Shown piece by piece: positions 22,443 through 46,223 of a stretch of DNA of 64,000 bases. Within the stretch, counting starts at the first letter, position 1; each line of letters opens with the position of its first letter. Source of the DNA: the human T2T-CHM13v2.0 reference genome, Homo sapiens. Below the pieces are notes generated by a model. It was not told where the DNA came from and ran no database searches. It was given only the letters and a program-made list of their open reading frames with translations. The DNA lies in assembly GCF_009914755.1 (NCBI RefSeq), contig NC_060925.1; one strand, 5' to 3'. A program made the position numbers and the translations under genes.

Positions 22443-23207
22443 CGCGGCCACCGGGCCCATTCATTCGCGGGGCCGGGCCGGGGTCCGCGCAACCCTCGAG
22501 TCGACACGCGCGGGGCGCCAGCGCCGGACAGACCCGGGCCTCGGCAGGAGAAGGGCGAGGCCACAGCGCGACTGCCTCAGCGGCTCGACACAGCGAAAAG
22601 GGCCGAAACCGTTATTTTCCCATTTCCCGACGCCGCGCCCGGCTTCCGCTTTAAATCCCTACTCCGACCGCGGCGCGCGGCCCGGCTTCCCCATTTCATT
22701 GTTCCCCTTCCCCACGCTCGCGCCCCGCGGCCGCCCGGCCCTCAAAGTCACCCCGATAGGCGGCCCGCGCGGGGGCTCCGGCCGCCGACACCGCCCCGCC
22801 TGCAGGCCCGCCCGGCCTTTGTTCTCGCGCCGCGGGCCCGAGAGCCACGTCCGGCTCCCCACGCAGGGCCCGGCCCCGCCCGACCCGCGCCCCCGGGGCC
22901 CCGGCCGCCGCCACGGGAAGCGCCCGCGGCGCACACAACCCCGCACCCCGGTGCCGAAACTCGGCCCCCAGCCTTGGGCCTGGGACCCCGGCTCCTCTCC
23001 CTAGACCCCGCCCTCGACCCCGACCCTGCACCCCGAACCTCGGACCCCAGCCCCCGGCCCCCCCTTCGGACGCCGCCCGCCGCACCCGGGCGGGGCAGGA
23101 AGACGCGGCCCCGACCGGCGGGTGGGGTGGGGGCGGGGCGGGCGCCCCCAGGGCGGGCGGGTGGACGAACAGGACCCGGGTCCGGGGCTGGGGGCTGCCG
23201 CGCTCAC

Positions 23208-23475
23208 CTCAGCGCCCTCGTCGCGGCCTGACGCGCCCACACCGCCGCCTCGGCCGCCGCTCGGCAGGTCGTCGCGCTCGGGCCGCGCTGCGCGCTCCGC
23301 GGGCGCTGCGGGCAGGTGCGCGCCGGCGAGGCTCGGTCCAGTCCCGCCGCGGCGGCTGCTCCACTCCCGGCCCCGCTCCCCACTCGCCGCCCGCTCCCGC
23401 TCCCGCCGCCGCCGCCGCCGCCTCCGTCCGCCCCTCAGACGCCTCCAGCCATCGGGATGGGCGCGGCGGGCCCCT
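23208..23475 (-). other. GNB1: GNB1 exon 1 (5' UTR, non-coding)
   Basis: Very GC-rich leader ending GAG|GTGAGC (plus strand gctcac at 23202-23207). The 5' end is approximate. Confidence 0.88.
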
Positions 23476-25409
23476 GCCCGCAGCCTCGGAAAACCCCACG
23501 CGCTCGCGTCACCACGCACGCCGCGCGTCGCGCGCGCTCGCCAGGCCCGACGGGCACGCGCACGCCTGTGCGCGTCCAAACCGCATCGGGCCCCGAGCGC
23601 GTGTCCGAGCGGCTTAAAGGGGCCGTGCTGCTGCCTTCGGGTACCGCTGCCCCGGGAGACCCCCGGCGGCCCGGCCCTGCGGGGACCGGGCGGGATGGGG
23701 ACCGGGGCAGTGGACCCTCGGAGTTGGGATGGGGCGGGGGGAACGCGGGCGTGGAGCCCTCCGGGGACAGGGTAAGGTTGGGTAACCGTGGGCGGGGGCT
23801 CCTCCAGGGGCGGGGGTGGGGTAACGGCGGGCGGGGCCACTCAAGCGACAGGGCAGGGGCGGGAAGGCCGCGGGCGGGGGCGGTCCCTCCGGGGACGGGG
23901 CGGGTGGGGGCACCGCGGGCGAGATCGCTTCCTGCAGAGGAGGCAACAGGCCCCGCTAGCAGGTCAGGGTCCCGGGCAGGCGCAGGTGCCCCCCGGCCTC
24001 TCAAGCAGGGACTGCGGCGAGCTCAGACGCGGCTGACGGGCAGAGAGAGACTCGCGCTTGGGCTCAGTGCGTGTGAAGTGGGCCTCGGGCTGCGGAGGAG
24101 GGCAGCACCCCGTGGCTCCTCGCGCTGCTGCGAGCAGGGCCGCCTGGCAGGGGCGGGGGCCGGTGGGCGGGAGTGTCGGGGTAAGGCCGCGGACTCCTCC
24201 CATGCCGCTGAGCAGTGGACAGCGGGGACTGGAGACCTCCAGGTGAGGAAGGGGAACGAAGTCAAGAAGGCCACATGTCCTGGCTTCCAGGCTTGGTGTC
24301 CTCAGAAGCCTCCAGAACGTCCATGGAACCCGCCCCTGCGCCCACCGCCTCCTGCTGTCTTTCCAGCTGAGTTCCGGCTGCCCCTCACCCTCGGCTTCTT
24401 CACTCTGCCTCTCCCCAGCCAGCGCCCTGCTCCCCGGTCCTCAACCACCACCTTCCACCTGCCTGGGCCTTCATCGCCTCCGAGCTCCCCTTCCACACCA
24501 AACCTGGCGTCCGTTTTCCTCCAGGCCTGCACCAGCACAGCTGAAGGGGAGAGAGACCCAACCTCATCCACTGGGCCTCCCCTCAACCAGGGCCACAACC
24601 TCAAGGGGCCATGCCACCTCCAACACCTATTTCCCACCTTCTACTCTCTCCACACCCTGGGACACCACCCGCCTCTCTCAGCTGACGTTTTCCTTCTTGT
24701 TTTGTGTGCATGGTGCTTGTGTGAGAAAGTGGACACACAGTAAGTGCGGCTTCCAGATGCGTCCGCCACCTGCCCTCCGTGCCACGCGCTTCCCCCTACC
24801 TAGGGGAGCCTCCACCAGACAGGGAACCCACGCCTTGCCACCCTTCTCTCTCCCTCCCACTTCACCTGTCCGCGTCATTTCTGGAGCCCTTTCTTTCTGG
24901 CACGAGATGCTCCAGGGCCCTGTTGTATTCTCCCTGCCCCAGCCTGAACCCAGCTATTTCTGCTGCAGCCTGGTTCATTGTGGGAGAATGTCATGCAGAG
25001 CCCGGGATCTGGCTCCGGATGTGCTCATTGCTACTGGGGTGTCATTGCAGCTGGCGGAGCAAGGGAACACATCTATGTACATGCCCACACGCATATGTAT
25101 ACACACAGTTTCATGGGCGTGTTTGTCTGTTTTTCTTGGGCACCACGTGTTTACTCTGATGCCAGGCCAACACTACAGGGCTCAACCTGTTCGGAATGAG
25201 GGGCCTCCTGCTTTGGGAGTGAGGAACCTGGCTCTGATTATCTCCTGTGTAACCAGTCTCTCATCCTTGCTTCCACCCCACCATATGCTACCCGCTCCTC
25301 ACCCTGCGTGGCCTCTGACCTCCGCTGGACCACCGAGGCCCCGCCCCCACAGGGGCGCCTGCCTGCCTAGCACAGTTGAGCAAGGAGTGAATTCCCAGTG
25401 AAATTTTTT

Positions 25410-25583
25410 TAATTTTTATTTTATTTATTTATTTTGGGTTTTTTTTTCTTTCTTTCTTTCTTTTTGAGATGGGGGTCTCCCTGTGTTGCCCAGGCTGGTC
25501 TCAAACTCCTGGGCTCCAGCGATCCTCCCACCTCAGCCTCCCAAAGTGCTGAGATCACAGGCAGGAGCCACTGCGGACACAGC
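25410..25583 (-). mobile_element. FLAM/Alu monomer
   Basis: T-rich tail followed by an antisense left-arm consensus. Confidence 0.75.
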
Positions 25584-27147
25584 CTGAATTGTCAATCATA
25601 TCACTCCTGTGCCTGAAACCATTGACAGTTCCCATCACCCGCCCTCTCCCCAGTGTCCAGGCCCCTCCTCCCCTCCCCACTATCAAGACACTGGCTCCTG
25701 ATGCTCCCCGACACCACCGAATTCCATCCTCCAGGCTTTGGCCCAGTGGCTCCATCTGCCTGGGACGGTCTCCCCATAACCTCGTGTAGTTCAGGCCTTT
25801 GCGGGTGTCACGTCCATGGAGATGTCTCCCCAGCCCTAACCATCCCTCCCAGGTGCCTCTCTGCCTGCTCCGGGCCCTCCCCCTGTTGCAGTGTGAGCAC
25901 TGTGAAGCCCACTCTTAACCGCTGCTCCACCAGCCCAGCGTGGCACCAGGCACACGGGGTCATCGGAGAACAGCTGGTGTGGCTGATAGGCTCTGAGTTC
26001 TGAGTGAGGAAGATGCAACCCAGCACAGGGACCAGTGCCCAGAGCAAGGGATCAGGAGGGACAGAACCATCACCTGGGCCAGAACAAGGGCAGGGTGCGA
26101 GGAACCTGAGTGGTTGGACTTCAGGAGAGCCGGGTTTCCGCAGGAAGGCTTCTCTGCTCGGACACTCGAGGGGCAGGGTGGAGCATGGGGCACATCCAGG
26201 GCTGAGGGACGATGCAGAGTCGGGGGACAGTGTTCTGCACGTTGGCAGGTGAGGGGTCAGAGGTGGCCCTCAGAATCTGGCAGGCCTAATGCCAGCCTTC
26301 AATGACCACCTGAATTAAAAGTGGAAATGAGTAGCAGGGAGAGGAGGCTGAGGCAGCAGCAGGGAAGCCCAAAGTGGGCAGTGGCCGTTTGTCACCAGAG
26401 ACCTTCCAGCAGCTGTGGGATGGGAGAGGCCCCAGAAGGTCCCTGCAAGCCTGGCCCAGGGCCATGGAGGAGCCTCAAGAGGAGTGGGCACCACACTGCG
26501 GGCCAGACTGGGCAGTGGCAGGGCTGTACCCCAGGGCTCTCTTGTCCCACAGGCCACCATCAGCCTGGTCAGCCCATCTCAGTACAGCCAGGGCCATGAA
26601 GGAAGGCCACACAGGAGGACCCCAGGCCAGTGCCCGCCCTGGCCATATCCAAGGGGCAGGGTGCAGCCCCAGCACCTCCAGCTTATCTGTAGGTCCTCTA
26701 GGTAAGGCAGGGCTGTCCCTGGAACTTGCCCCATGGCCCAGGCAGAAATCCTATTTGATGGTTTATGGAGGGCAAAGTTGAGAGGAAGGAGGGAGGGAAG
26801 GAGCAGGGGCCCCGGGTGCTTACTCCCAGGTCTTCACTGCAGCCTGGGGCTGCCCTCTGAAGTACACAGTCCCTGGGAGGCAGAGACCTCTGCCCTGAGG
26901 ACGATGTGAATCCAAAGGTGCTTCTCACCTCCAGCCAGGGCCCATCCCTGGAGATAAGAGACACTCAGAGCCCTTGGTGGCCCAGGGGGGTCTAGAGCCG
27001 GCCTCAGACCTGCCCTCCCTGCCCCGCCTCCATTCCCTTCAGCCCAGGCCTCTTGTATCTTTTGGCCCTCACCTACCACCCCGCCCTCTCCCTGGCAGAG
27101 CAAACGCTTCCCAGTAACACTCCCTTCTCTGCAAGGATCTCAGAGAT

Positions 27148-27226
27148 CAGCCTGTGTCCCTGAGTCCAGAGCCACACCCGGTCAGCTCTGGGTCCCTGAG
27201 TCCAGAGCCATACCCGGTCAGCTGTG
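27148..27226. repeat. 36-bp tandem duplication
   Basis: gtccctgagtccagagcca(c/t)acccggtcagct present twice. Confidence 0.85.
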
Positions 27227-28759
27227 CCCAACCCCGGGCAAGACTGAGCTGGGCCCTGGGGTGGAGGCGGCTGCACCGATACTGGCTCCACACCAGGCCT
27301 TCTCTAAAACCCCACGGGAGCGGGAGATACAATTCAGATGCCCCACCCCCACCTGCTTCTCAGCAGGAAATGGTCTAATGTGAAAGTAGGTCTTTTAAAT
27401 CCGAATTATTCAATCTGTGCATGTGACAGGACCCACAGCTCCATCTCTGTGCGCGCCCTGGGCGCCGCGCTCCAGCCAGGCTTTGAAGGGTCTCAGAGCT
27501 GCAGGGGACGTTTCTAGATTTCCAGCTCTGGCAGGAGAGGTCCCTTTGTCTTTCCCTGGGCTCTGGGCTCCTGCAGGGCGTCTGTCCTCCTCCTACCAGC
27601 ACTGTGAGGTTCTCCACCACACGGCCCTCTGCTGTCGTCTTCACTTGCAGTGAGATCCAGGCCCCAAAGGACAGAGAATAAGGAGGGAGGGAGAGAGGAG
27701 AGCATCGTGATGGTGCCCAGGGGGTGCAGAATGTAGGTGATCAAGAAGAAAGCCCTAATTAGCTCCTGCAGCTTTCAAAGGAAGGGGCTGGTGGAGGAAT
27801 GGGACCATGGCACCTCTCCAACCCTCAGCACACACCTGCTGAGGCCCACTGGGTGCCAGGGTGGGTTTAGCACCAGGCTCTGGCCCTGAGGCCAAAGCAG
27901 GGCAGCTCTGCTCAGGGGGTTGAGTAGGGGCCTGGTTCCCAGCTTCATGGGGAGCGGCCAGTGAGGAGGTGTCACCGCAGCAGAGCCAGGCACAAAGTGA
28001 GGGCAGGCTGCTGTGGCTGGTGAATGAGTGGCTGGCAGAGCTGGGAGGGTCACTGCCCTACAAGGTCACAGACATCATGGCCCAGGAGGCTGGTGTGGCA
28101 GGCAGAGCGAATGCCGGGCCTTGGGGGCCTCTGAGAGGAGGCTGACTGTGGCCCCCTGGACCCCGTCTTGCAGGTGCGGGGAGTTGGCCTCTGTCCCCCA
28201 CCAGGACTCATCCCTTGTTCCGAAGCTCCCCACCATGCTTCTCACCCCCGACCCTCCTGGCCACCAACCCGTGGTCATGAATCATGAATTGCACATCCTT
28301 CTTGGGCACACCCGTGCTTGCACACCCAAGCTGGGTACACACATGCATGTGCACAAACACACATGAGCTGGGTATGTACACATGTGCACACACAGTGGGG
28401 AATCGGTGTCTGCTGGGGGGTGGAGGAGGTGATGGTGTAAGTGAGCAGATGCATTGTGGGGGCATGTTTCCTCTCCCTGCTAGAGTTGGACCAGAATCCC
28501 CAGAGAAAACTCACGTGGCCTCTTGTCACTCTGGTGAGCAGACCCAGGTGGGCTGACACTCGCAGAGGGAGGTGCGTAGCTTAGACCACCAGCTCCAGTA
28601 AAGACCTGACAACACCCAGCCCCTGCCTCCCTTGCAGGCCAATGGAAGAATCCACCTTCTTCCTTAGAGTCCTTTATCACAGGCTCATCTGGCCTCACTG
28701 TAGAATCCCAAAACTGCATGCACAGAGATAGAAATCCTGACTATGTCCAGTGGCCCTAA

Positions 28760-30393
<1,634 letters not shown>

Positions 30394-30475
30394 CCCCACA
30401 AACCTCCCTAACAGTGAAAGATGCAAAACCATGAATGGAAAGAGCATCGTCCCCTGCCTGTAGACCCAGAAGCCG

Positions 30476-31383
30476 TGCACAGACAGGTACGTGTGCATGT
30501 GCACATACATTCACAATCTGAGTATATATGCATGTGCGTACATGGGAGCTGGTGATATGCACATGTGCATGCACACCCAAGCTGGGTATATGTGCATGTG
30601 AACAAACACACATAAGCTGTGTATATACACATGTGCACACACAAGCTGGATATACACACATGTATGTACATGAGCTGGGTGTATACACACACCCAAGCTA
30701 GGTATACATGCATGTGGACAAACACGAGCTGGATATACATGCATGTACATGCACACCCAGCGTGGGTATGTACACATGTGCATGCACACATGAGCTGGGT
30801 ATACATGCATGTACATGCTCATCAGCTGGTGTACATGCACGTGTACACACAAGGGCTGGGTATACCCACATGTACATGCACACATGGATTGGGCATGTGA
30901 ACACACGCAAACTGGGTATACATGCATGTATATGCACAGCAGATGGTATGCATGCATGTGTGCAAACACACTGGAGCTGGTAAATGTGCATGTGCACACA
31001 CATGAGTTGGATGTGCACACACATAAGTTGGATATGCACACACATAAGTTGGATATACACACATAAGTTGGATATACACACATGTACATGCATACCCAAA
31101 CGGTACACTCACATGTACATGCACAGCAGATGGTATATATGCATGTGTACAGACACATTCAAGCTGGGTATACATGCATGTATGCACACACATGAGCTGG
31201 GTATGCATGTACACCCAAACTGGGTATACACACGTGCACACACTCAAACTGGGTATATATGCATATGTGCAAACACACAGGGGCTGGGTATACACACATT
31301 TGCATGCACACCAGCTAGTATATGGGCATGTGCACACACATGAGCTTGGTATACACACATGTGCACACACATGCAAGCTGGGT
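30476..31383. repeat. Degenerate CA/TG-rich minisatellite (recurring GCTGGGTATACA(C/T)...CATGTGCACAC)
   Basis: About 900 bp of alternating purine-pyrimidine runs punctuated by gctggg. Confidence 0.9.
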
Positions 31384-32583
31384 CAGTCAGGAGTCACTGT
31401 AGCAAGCAGTAGAAGCTTAAGCCAGCTTGCATGAAAAGAGGTAACTGACTGGCTCAGTGAATAGGAGTCATGAGCAGACAGCTGAGCCTCAAGCCTATCT
31501 GGATCCAGATGAGCCCGTCGGGCTCTCCCCCGGCCCACCCACCCATGGCTCTGTGTCCCCATGTGGCGCCTCCTCCTTTCTCTGCTGGGTAGAGCCCCAC
31601 TGCCCCGTCACCCCCACCTCAGCAGTCAGACTGCTCAGAAGACGGCTATCCGGATGTTGACCCCAGGAGGACTCTGAAAGGCTTCACTCAGATTTTGTGT
31701 GGCTCCAACGGTAGTTAGTGGCTCTCAACACAAAGGCAGGGCTGTCGCCAGGGGGAGCAGAGGCTGCTGGGCATGGGGAAAATGCATAGGTGTCCCCACC
31801 TACCTCGTGGCTAAAAACTAGCAGCTGAGCAACAGCTAGGCTACTTATACCCAAAGCCTCTGTTGGTTGGTGAGGTCAAGGACATCGGATGGTTGGTTTC
31901 ACCCATGGTGAGGTCAAGGACGAAGGATGGCTGGCTGCCCCTCGCTGAGGTCAGGCTGCCTTACCCTTGGCCTGACCCAGCCTGAACCCGGAGGCTGCGG
32001 ACAGAGCCCACGGGGGTGGAGCAGGCTCAGGCCTCTGCTCTCCCCCTGCCCCCATGGCGTGCTGCAGGGCATCTTCTGGGGTGGGGTCATCGTGGGAGCC
32101 CCACGCCACCATCTGCAAGTCCTCTGCAGGGACAGTTGGAGCTCCCAACCACCCAGCCCCCAGCCCCATTTCCTGCCATGGCTGGGTGGCCCCTTGGCAG
32201 GAAGGCTGCAGCTGTTCTCTGGGGCCCCCTCGGCCTCCCACAGGCCACCAGCATCCTCAGGCTGAGAGTGTGGCTGGCACAATGCCCTGCACACATCCTG
32301 GTGAGACGAAGGGAGAAGCTGGCACAGTGACCCAGAGAGACGGACAGTCAGAGCGGCCCACACCCACCCCCCAACACCTCCACACAGACAAGAGAGCAAG
32401 GTGGCCTAGGTAGGCACCGGAGACATGAGCAGACCGAAACGGGGACGCAAGACCCTCAGTGCCCAGAAAGTGGGGGTCTGAGAGAGGGAGCTCAGTGGGC
32501 AGGGCCTGGGGGGTGAGAAGGACTGTCTCGGAGGCAGCCACCCCAGCTGGGCCTTGGGGCTCTGAACCCTCAAGATCCCTTCT

Positions 32584-33496
<913 letters not shown>

Positions 33497-33497
<1 letters not shown>

Positions 33498-33658
33498 AAA
33501 GAAAGAAGGAAAGAAGGAAAGAAGGAAAGAAGGAAAGAAAGAAAGGAAGAAAGGAAGAAAGGAAGAAAGGAAGAAAGGAAGAAAGGAAGAAAGGAAAGAA
33601 AGGAAAGAAAGGAAAGAAAGAAAGAAAAGAAAGAAAGAGAGAAAGAAAGAAAGAAAGA
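33497..33658 (+). repeat. (GAAA/GGAA)n microsatellite derived from an Alu tail
   Basis: Pure purine repeat. Confidence 0.92.
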
Positions 33659-34750
33659 CTCTTTCTTGGTCCCTCAACATCCTCCTCCCAGGCCTGGCCA
33701 AGCTTCCTGGCCTGAGGTGTCACCCGCCTGCCTAGATGTGCTTGGGGTGGGGTCCCTGAGGCTGGAGAGTGGGGAGACAGCACAGCTGGGACACACTGGC
33801 CAGTGCAGGATGACGGAGGCTCCCACCCCATTCCAGTGCCCAGAGTGAGAGCAGAGGTGACTGGGTGGGAACCCAGGGGTCCAGGGAATGCGGGGGTGGC
33901 TGGACCAGCCCTGGCCTCCAGCTCCCTTCGCCTCCCCTGCCAGGGCCCTGCTTGAGGAAGAAGCTCAGGCAGCTCAGGAGATTCATCTTCCCAGGGGCGG
34001 CACCCCGGACGGGGCTCCTCCTACACCTGTCGGGGAAACAGTTCGCACCTGTGGCCTCAGCTGGTGGGTGGCTGGTCCAGCCACCAAGGTTTTCCTGACT
34101 GCGAGGCCCCTAGAGGTGCCCAGCTAAGGGGCTGCGGAGGGCAGAGCCTTCCCGAGCCCCCTGCCCACTGCCCTCTTGGGCCCTGCCAGGTAAGGGGCAG
34201 CCCAGAGATGGACCCAGAGTCCAACCTGCCTGCCCTGGAGCTGCCCTTCTGTCCCAAAGAAGCAGCTGGAGGTCACTGACAGGCAGATGCCAGCAGGGCC
34301 CTTTCCAGCAGTGGGTGGCCATGAGTAGCCTTCCCTGGAAGCAGGGGACCTGGTCAAGGCTCTCTCAGGATAGAGAGGCACCTAGAGGGGAAGGGCCAGG
34401 GGTCCTCCCAGGCTGGAGCTGCACTCCCACAGTGCAGCTGCTCACTGGGCGGAGCTCTTCGCCACGCCACACCGGGCTGCACGGGTCACAACAGTGCCTC
34501 GGGGGGCCGTCCTCTCCAACAGAAGACCCCACCACACTGCCCCGCCCTGTGAAGAGGTCAGGGACTCTATCTTTCTCTCTGGGTGCCAGGGTCCCACCTG
34601 CTGTCCCCACCCCCCACCCAGCTCAGGGCCCAGAGGTCTCCACAAGGGACTTCCTCCACACGCCCCACGCCCTTGGTGACTTGCTGGCTCCCCTTTGTTG
34701 GGTTCTGCCTCATGAGCTACTGTAAAAAAAAAAAAAAAAGTGGTAAAGCC

Positions 34751-38650
<3,900 letters not shown>

Positions 38651-40048
38651 ATTCTTGCCAAAAAGGCCATTAGCATTCATCACCTGTTTTCTGAAAAAAG
38701 ATAAATTCTGAGCACAGGCCACAGTGTGGTGTCTTAGTCCTTCCAGCCTAACACGCTGACCAGTGGGGTCAGCTCACCAAGGGCAGGCGACAGCGTGATG
38801 GGAAGCAGCGGGGCTCTGAGCAGGGACATGACCCCCTCTGGCGGCTGAGAGGAGAACGTCCCGTAGGGCCAGGGTGACCAGAGAGGAGTGCAGATGGGCT
38901 GTGAAGGTTGGGCAGGGCTGAGTATTCCTGAGTGACAGATTTGCTGGTGGCACAGGGTCGAGGGCAGTGGGGGAGTCGAGGCTGACACCTGGGTGTTGTA
39001 AGCAACGGGGCAGCAGAGCCGTTACAGCGGAGGTGGGAGAGCATGGGCTGCTTTTTGGACCTTTTTAGCATGAGATGCTTCTAAATGTTTGGGTGGAGAA
39101 GCAGGCATGGGGAGGGTGTCTCAGGGGCCTGCAGAGCCACAGGCTGGCAGGGCACATGGTGGGGACATGTGTAGCTGAGGACTGTCCTGGAGCTGCCAAT
39201 ATCCCTGCAGGAGGGACTCCTGGGAGTGCTGGCCTGGGCGTGGGGAAGATGGGCAGTGTCCACCCAGGCCAGCTTGGCCAGCCCTTGGGAGTGGCTGAAG
39301 CTCTCTGGGGGTAGGCGTGAGAGGCAGGCCTGCCCCTCTCAGACTGGGTGTTGCCCCCAGGCCTGGGCTCCACTAGTTCCCATCTTCAAGGCTTGGAGAT
39401 AACAGGCCTTGGCCTCAGGGAGTCCAGAATGTACAATGTCAGCCCAGCCCATCAGGGCAGTGGAGTCCCTGGGACTCATGACTGGGACCCAAGTGCAGCC
39501 CCGACATCTTCTGAAGTGGAGGCAGGCACCACAGCACATGCCCTGGGGCAGGAGGGGGCAGCTGTGGCCCTTCAGCAGGGCCATCCAGGCCCAGGGCTCC
39601 ATGCAGAACCCCCAGGGTCTCAGCCCCTTGACTCCTAGGCAGGACTCACCCCAAAGCCACGGCCTTCTCCTGGGACTGCCCCTGGGGCCTGAGGCTGTTT
39701 GTCTAGAATGCTGTCCTGAGGCTCCAGCATGCTCCAGCGTGTGTCTCCTGGGAGCTGATGCAAGGTTTGCTTGGAGGAGGCAATAAGGGGTGGGGTACGG
39801 CATGGGGACCAGTGAGGTCCTGGAGGGGGCACAGGCCAAGGTGGTGGTCTGGGAGGCCTGAGGGCATGGGGGCTGCCCAGGGGTGGAAGAGGACCCCAAG
39901 CAGCAGGGATTTGGGTGGAACCAGGAGTCCTCAAGCAGGGGTGCTGCCCCTCCTGGGGAGGCTGGGCCTGCAGGTGCTGGGTGTTTTGGAAACCAGCAGG
40001 TGTGGCCAGGCACGTGGCCCCTGGAGCCTGTGGCTGACGCACATCTGA

Positions 40049-40733
<685 letters not shown>

Positions 40734-40989
40734 CCCATCATACTTCTAAGGGTCTGTCTCTCCTGCCCTGCGGCCTCTCCAGCAGCCCCTGGGGACCACG
40801 GGGTCAGGCCTTGATTGGGCACCGAGCTGGGACCTCTGGGAGTGACCATGGGGAGGAAGCCCCCCATCACTGCAGAGGGTGGCAGGAGTGAGGGGCTGAG
40901 TCAACCTGACTCCTGGGGCCCTGCTGAGGCCAGATCCATGCCCGCCCGAGCCCAGGGCCTGCCCGTCTCAGGCTGGGTGTTGCCCCAGG

Positions 40990-42785
<1,796 letters not shown>

Positions 42786-44299
42786 CTGAATGTACTTTTA
42801 TAATGTGACTTTCTGCTTTCTATTTATGCTTCTTTCTCCCCTCCTGTGTTCTGTTAGATTTATTACATTTTCGTCATTATTTTTTCCTCCACAGGTGTGG
42901 AGGTTATACAAGCAGTTTCAGTCATTTTAGTGGCCACCTTAGAGGTTTCACGTTGCGTTTTAGGCCCAGGGCATTGTCTCTAGCTATCTCCTGTGCGGTG
43001 CTGGGAGTGCAGGGCCCTGTGGCTCACATCCCCTCGTCCTTGTGGGGTCTGCGGGTCTGGAGTTCGGGCTTCACTTTGTTTTTTCACCCTTGTCCAGGCC
43101 GGGCTCCCGTAAGCAGATACTGAGACGAGGACTCAAAGGGACAGTTTTTTTGGGGGAATTCCAGGAAGCCACCGTGGGGCAGCTGGAGGTGATGAGGGTG
43201 GGAAGGGGCCAGCCCAGGGCTGAGCAGATGACACTGTGTGCAAGGGGCCATGGCTCCGGTGTTCACCCCATCACTGTTGCTTGCCCTGGGCTCTGCTGAG
43301 GAGGCCTCAGGCAGAAGCTGCACAAGGAAGGGAACGGCAGGAGAAGCCGGGAGCCGTGAAGTCCTTTTCCTACTGAGCCCGTGCTCCAGGCCCAAGGGAG
43401 CCCTGTGGGTCCAGACCCCGTAGATGCCGCAGCAGCACCGGGTCCACTCGACCGCAGCGAGGTTCCGGCTGCAGCTCCACCCTCAGAGCCAACCTCATGC
43501 TACCAGGGCAGGTGGGGCTCGGGGGAACCAGTGTTGCCTCTGGTTTGGGTCCTTCCAGCATTGGGGGTGGGAGTGTCAGCTCTTCCTATGGAGTGGTGAG
43601 CAAACCTGCAGACGCGGAAGCTTCAGAGCTACCTGGGGATCAAACTCCAGGGGACACCCACCTGGATGTCCCCACCAGGGCCCTGCCGGCTCTGATTTAA
43701 GTCCTGGGCTTGGTCCTCCGAATCGCTGCCCTCCCACTGCAGAGTGGAGAGCAGAGATGCTGCCTGAACCACAGAGGGCCCCCGACGCTCACACTTGGGC
43801 TCACCCCTGGCTTTCAAGTGCCCCTTTCTCTCCTTCTACCATTTGTAGCCTCGATTGGTGGCAGTTACCTGGTCCATCCCTCTGCCCTTCCAACACACCA
43901 CCAGTGAGTGTAACAGGTGACTGTGCAGGGGCTTGTGTCTTCGTCCCGCACTGGTGCCTGGTTGCAGCTTGGCAGCGGGGGGTCCACCGCCAACATCCAT
44001 CATGTCACAGCTGGGGCTCCCCAGAAGCTGACCCTGAGATGGAGTTTGGGATAGGAGCTCCCTGTTAGGGGTCAGCCCCTGTGACAGGAAGGGGGAAGCA
44101 GAACCAGACAGAAGGGGTCCTAGACCACCTGCAGGGACCATCAGAGTCCTGCCTGTGGACACAATGACCACCTTGTGTCATGTGGCTCAGGTGGGGTGGG
44201 TTTGCAGCTGAGGCTGCTGCCCTGGAGTGGGGCGGGGTCTCTCAGTGTCTTCTCACTGGAGACCCTCAGTGGCAGTGGTGATGTCTGCGGTGACCCTCT

Positions 44300-44919
44300 G
44301 TGGTAGAAGCAGGGGGATGTGTATATGTGTGTATGTCTGTATATATACGTCTGTCATATACACAGACGAGAGAGATTTTGAGGAATTGGCCCGTGTGATT
44401 GCACTGTAGGCAACCTCCAGGGAAGAGCTGATGTTGCAGCCGTCTGGAGGCAGAATTCCTTCTTCCTTGGGGGACCTCAGTCTTTTCTCTTAAGGTCCTC
44501 AACTAACTGGATGCGGCCCCCCCCTACATTATGGAGGGTCATGTGCTTTACCCAAAGTCTACTGATTTAAATACTTTTTCTTTTTTTTTTTGAGGTGGAG
44601 TCTCGCTCTGTCTCTCAGGCTGGAGTGCAGTGGCACGATCTCGGCTCACTGCAAGCTCTGCCTCCTTGGGGTTCACGCCATTCTCCTGCCTCAGTCTCCC
44701 AAGTAGCTGGGACTACAGGCGCGCACCACCATGCCCAGCTAATTTTTTTATTTTTATTTTTAGTAGAGACGGCATTTCACCATGTTAGCCAGGATGGTCT
44801 CGATCTCCTGACCTTGTGATCTCCCTGCCTCGGTCCCCCAAAGTGCTGGGATTACAGGCATGAGCCACCATGCCCGGCCTACTGATTTAAATACTAATCA
44901 CATCTATGAAACACCTTCA

Positions 44920-44920
<1 letters not shown>
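44300..44920 (-). mobile_element. MLT2-type ERVL LTR interrupted by an AluY (44575-44878, TSD tactgatttaaatact)
   Basis: gagattttgaggaattggc...ggcagaattccttcttccttgggggacctcagtc...aagtctactgatttaaat. Confidence 0.7.

Positions 44921-46223
<1,303 letters not shown>

Larger units (their letters stand above)
22340..24260. promoter_or_regulatory. CpG island / bidirectional-type promoter of GNB1
   Basis: Very high GC and CpG density, many GGGCGG boxes, spans exon 1. Confidence 0.92.

Noticed and set aside
22147-24743. Long overlapping ORFs (285, 301, 279, 475 aa) across the GNB1 promoter
   Set aside because: They are Pro/Arg/Gly/Ala-rich products of stop-poor CpG-island sequence, open in several frames on both strands, with no recognisable domain
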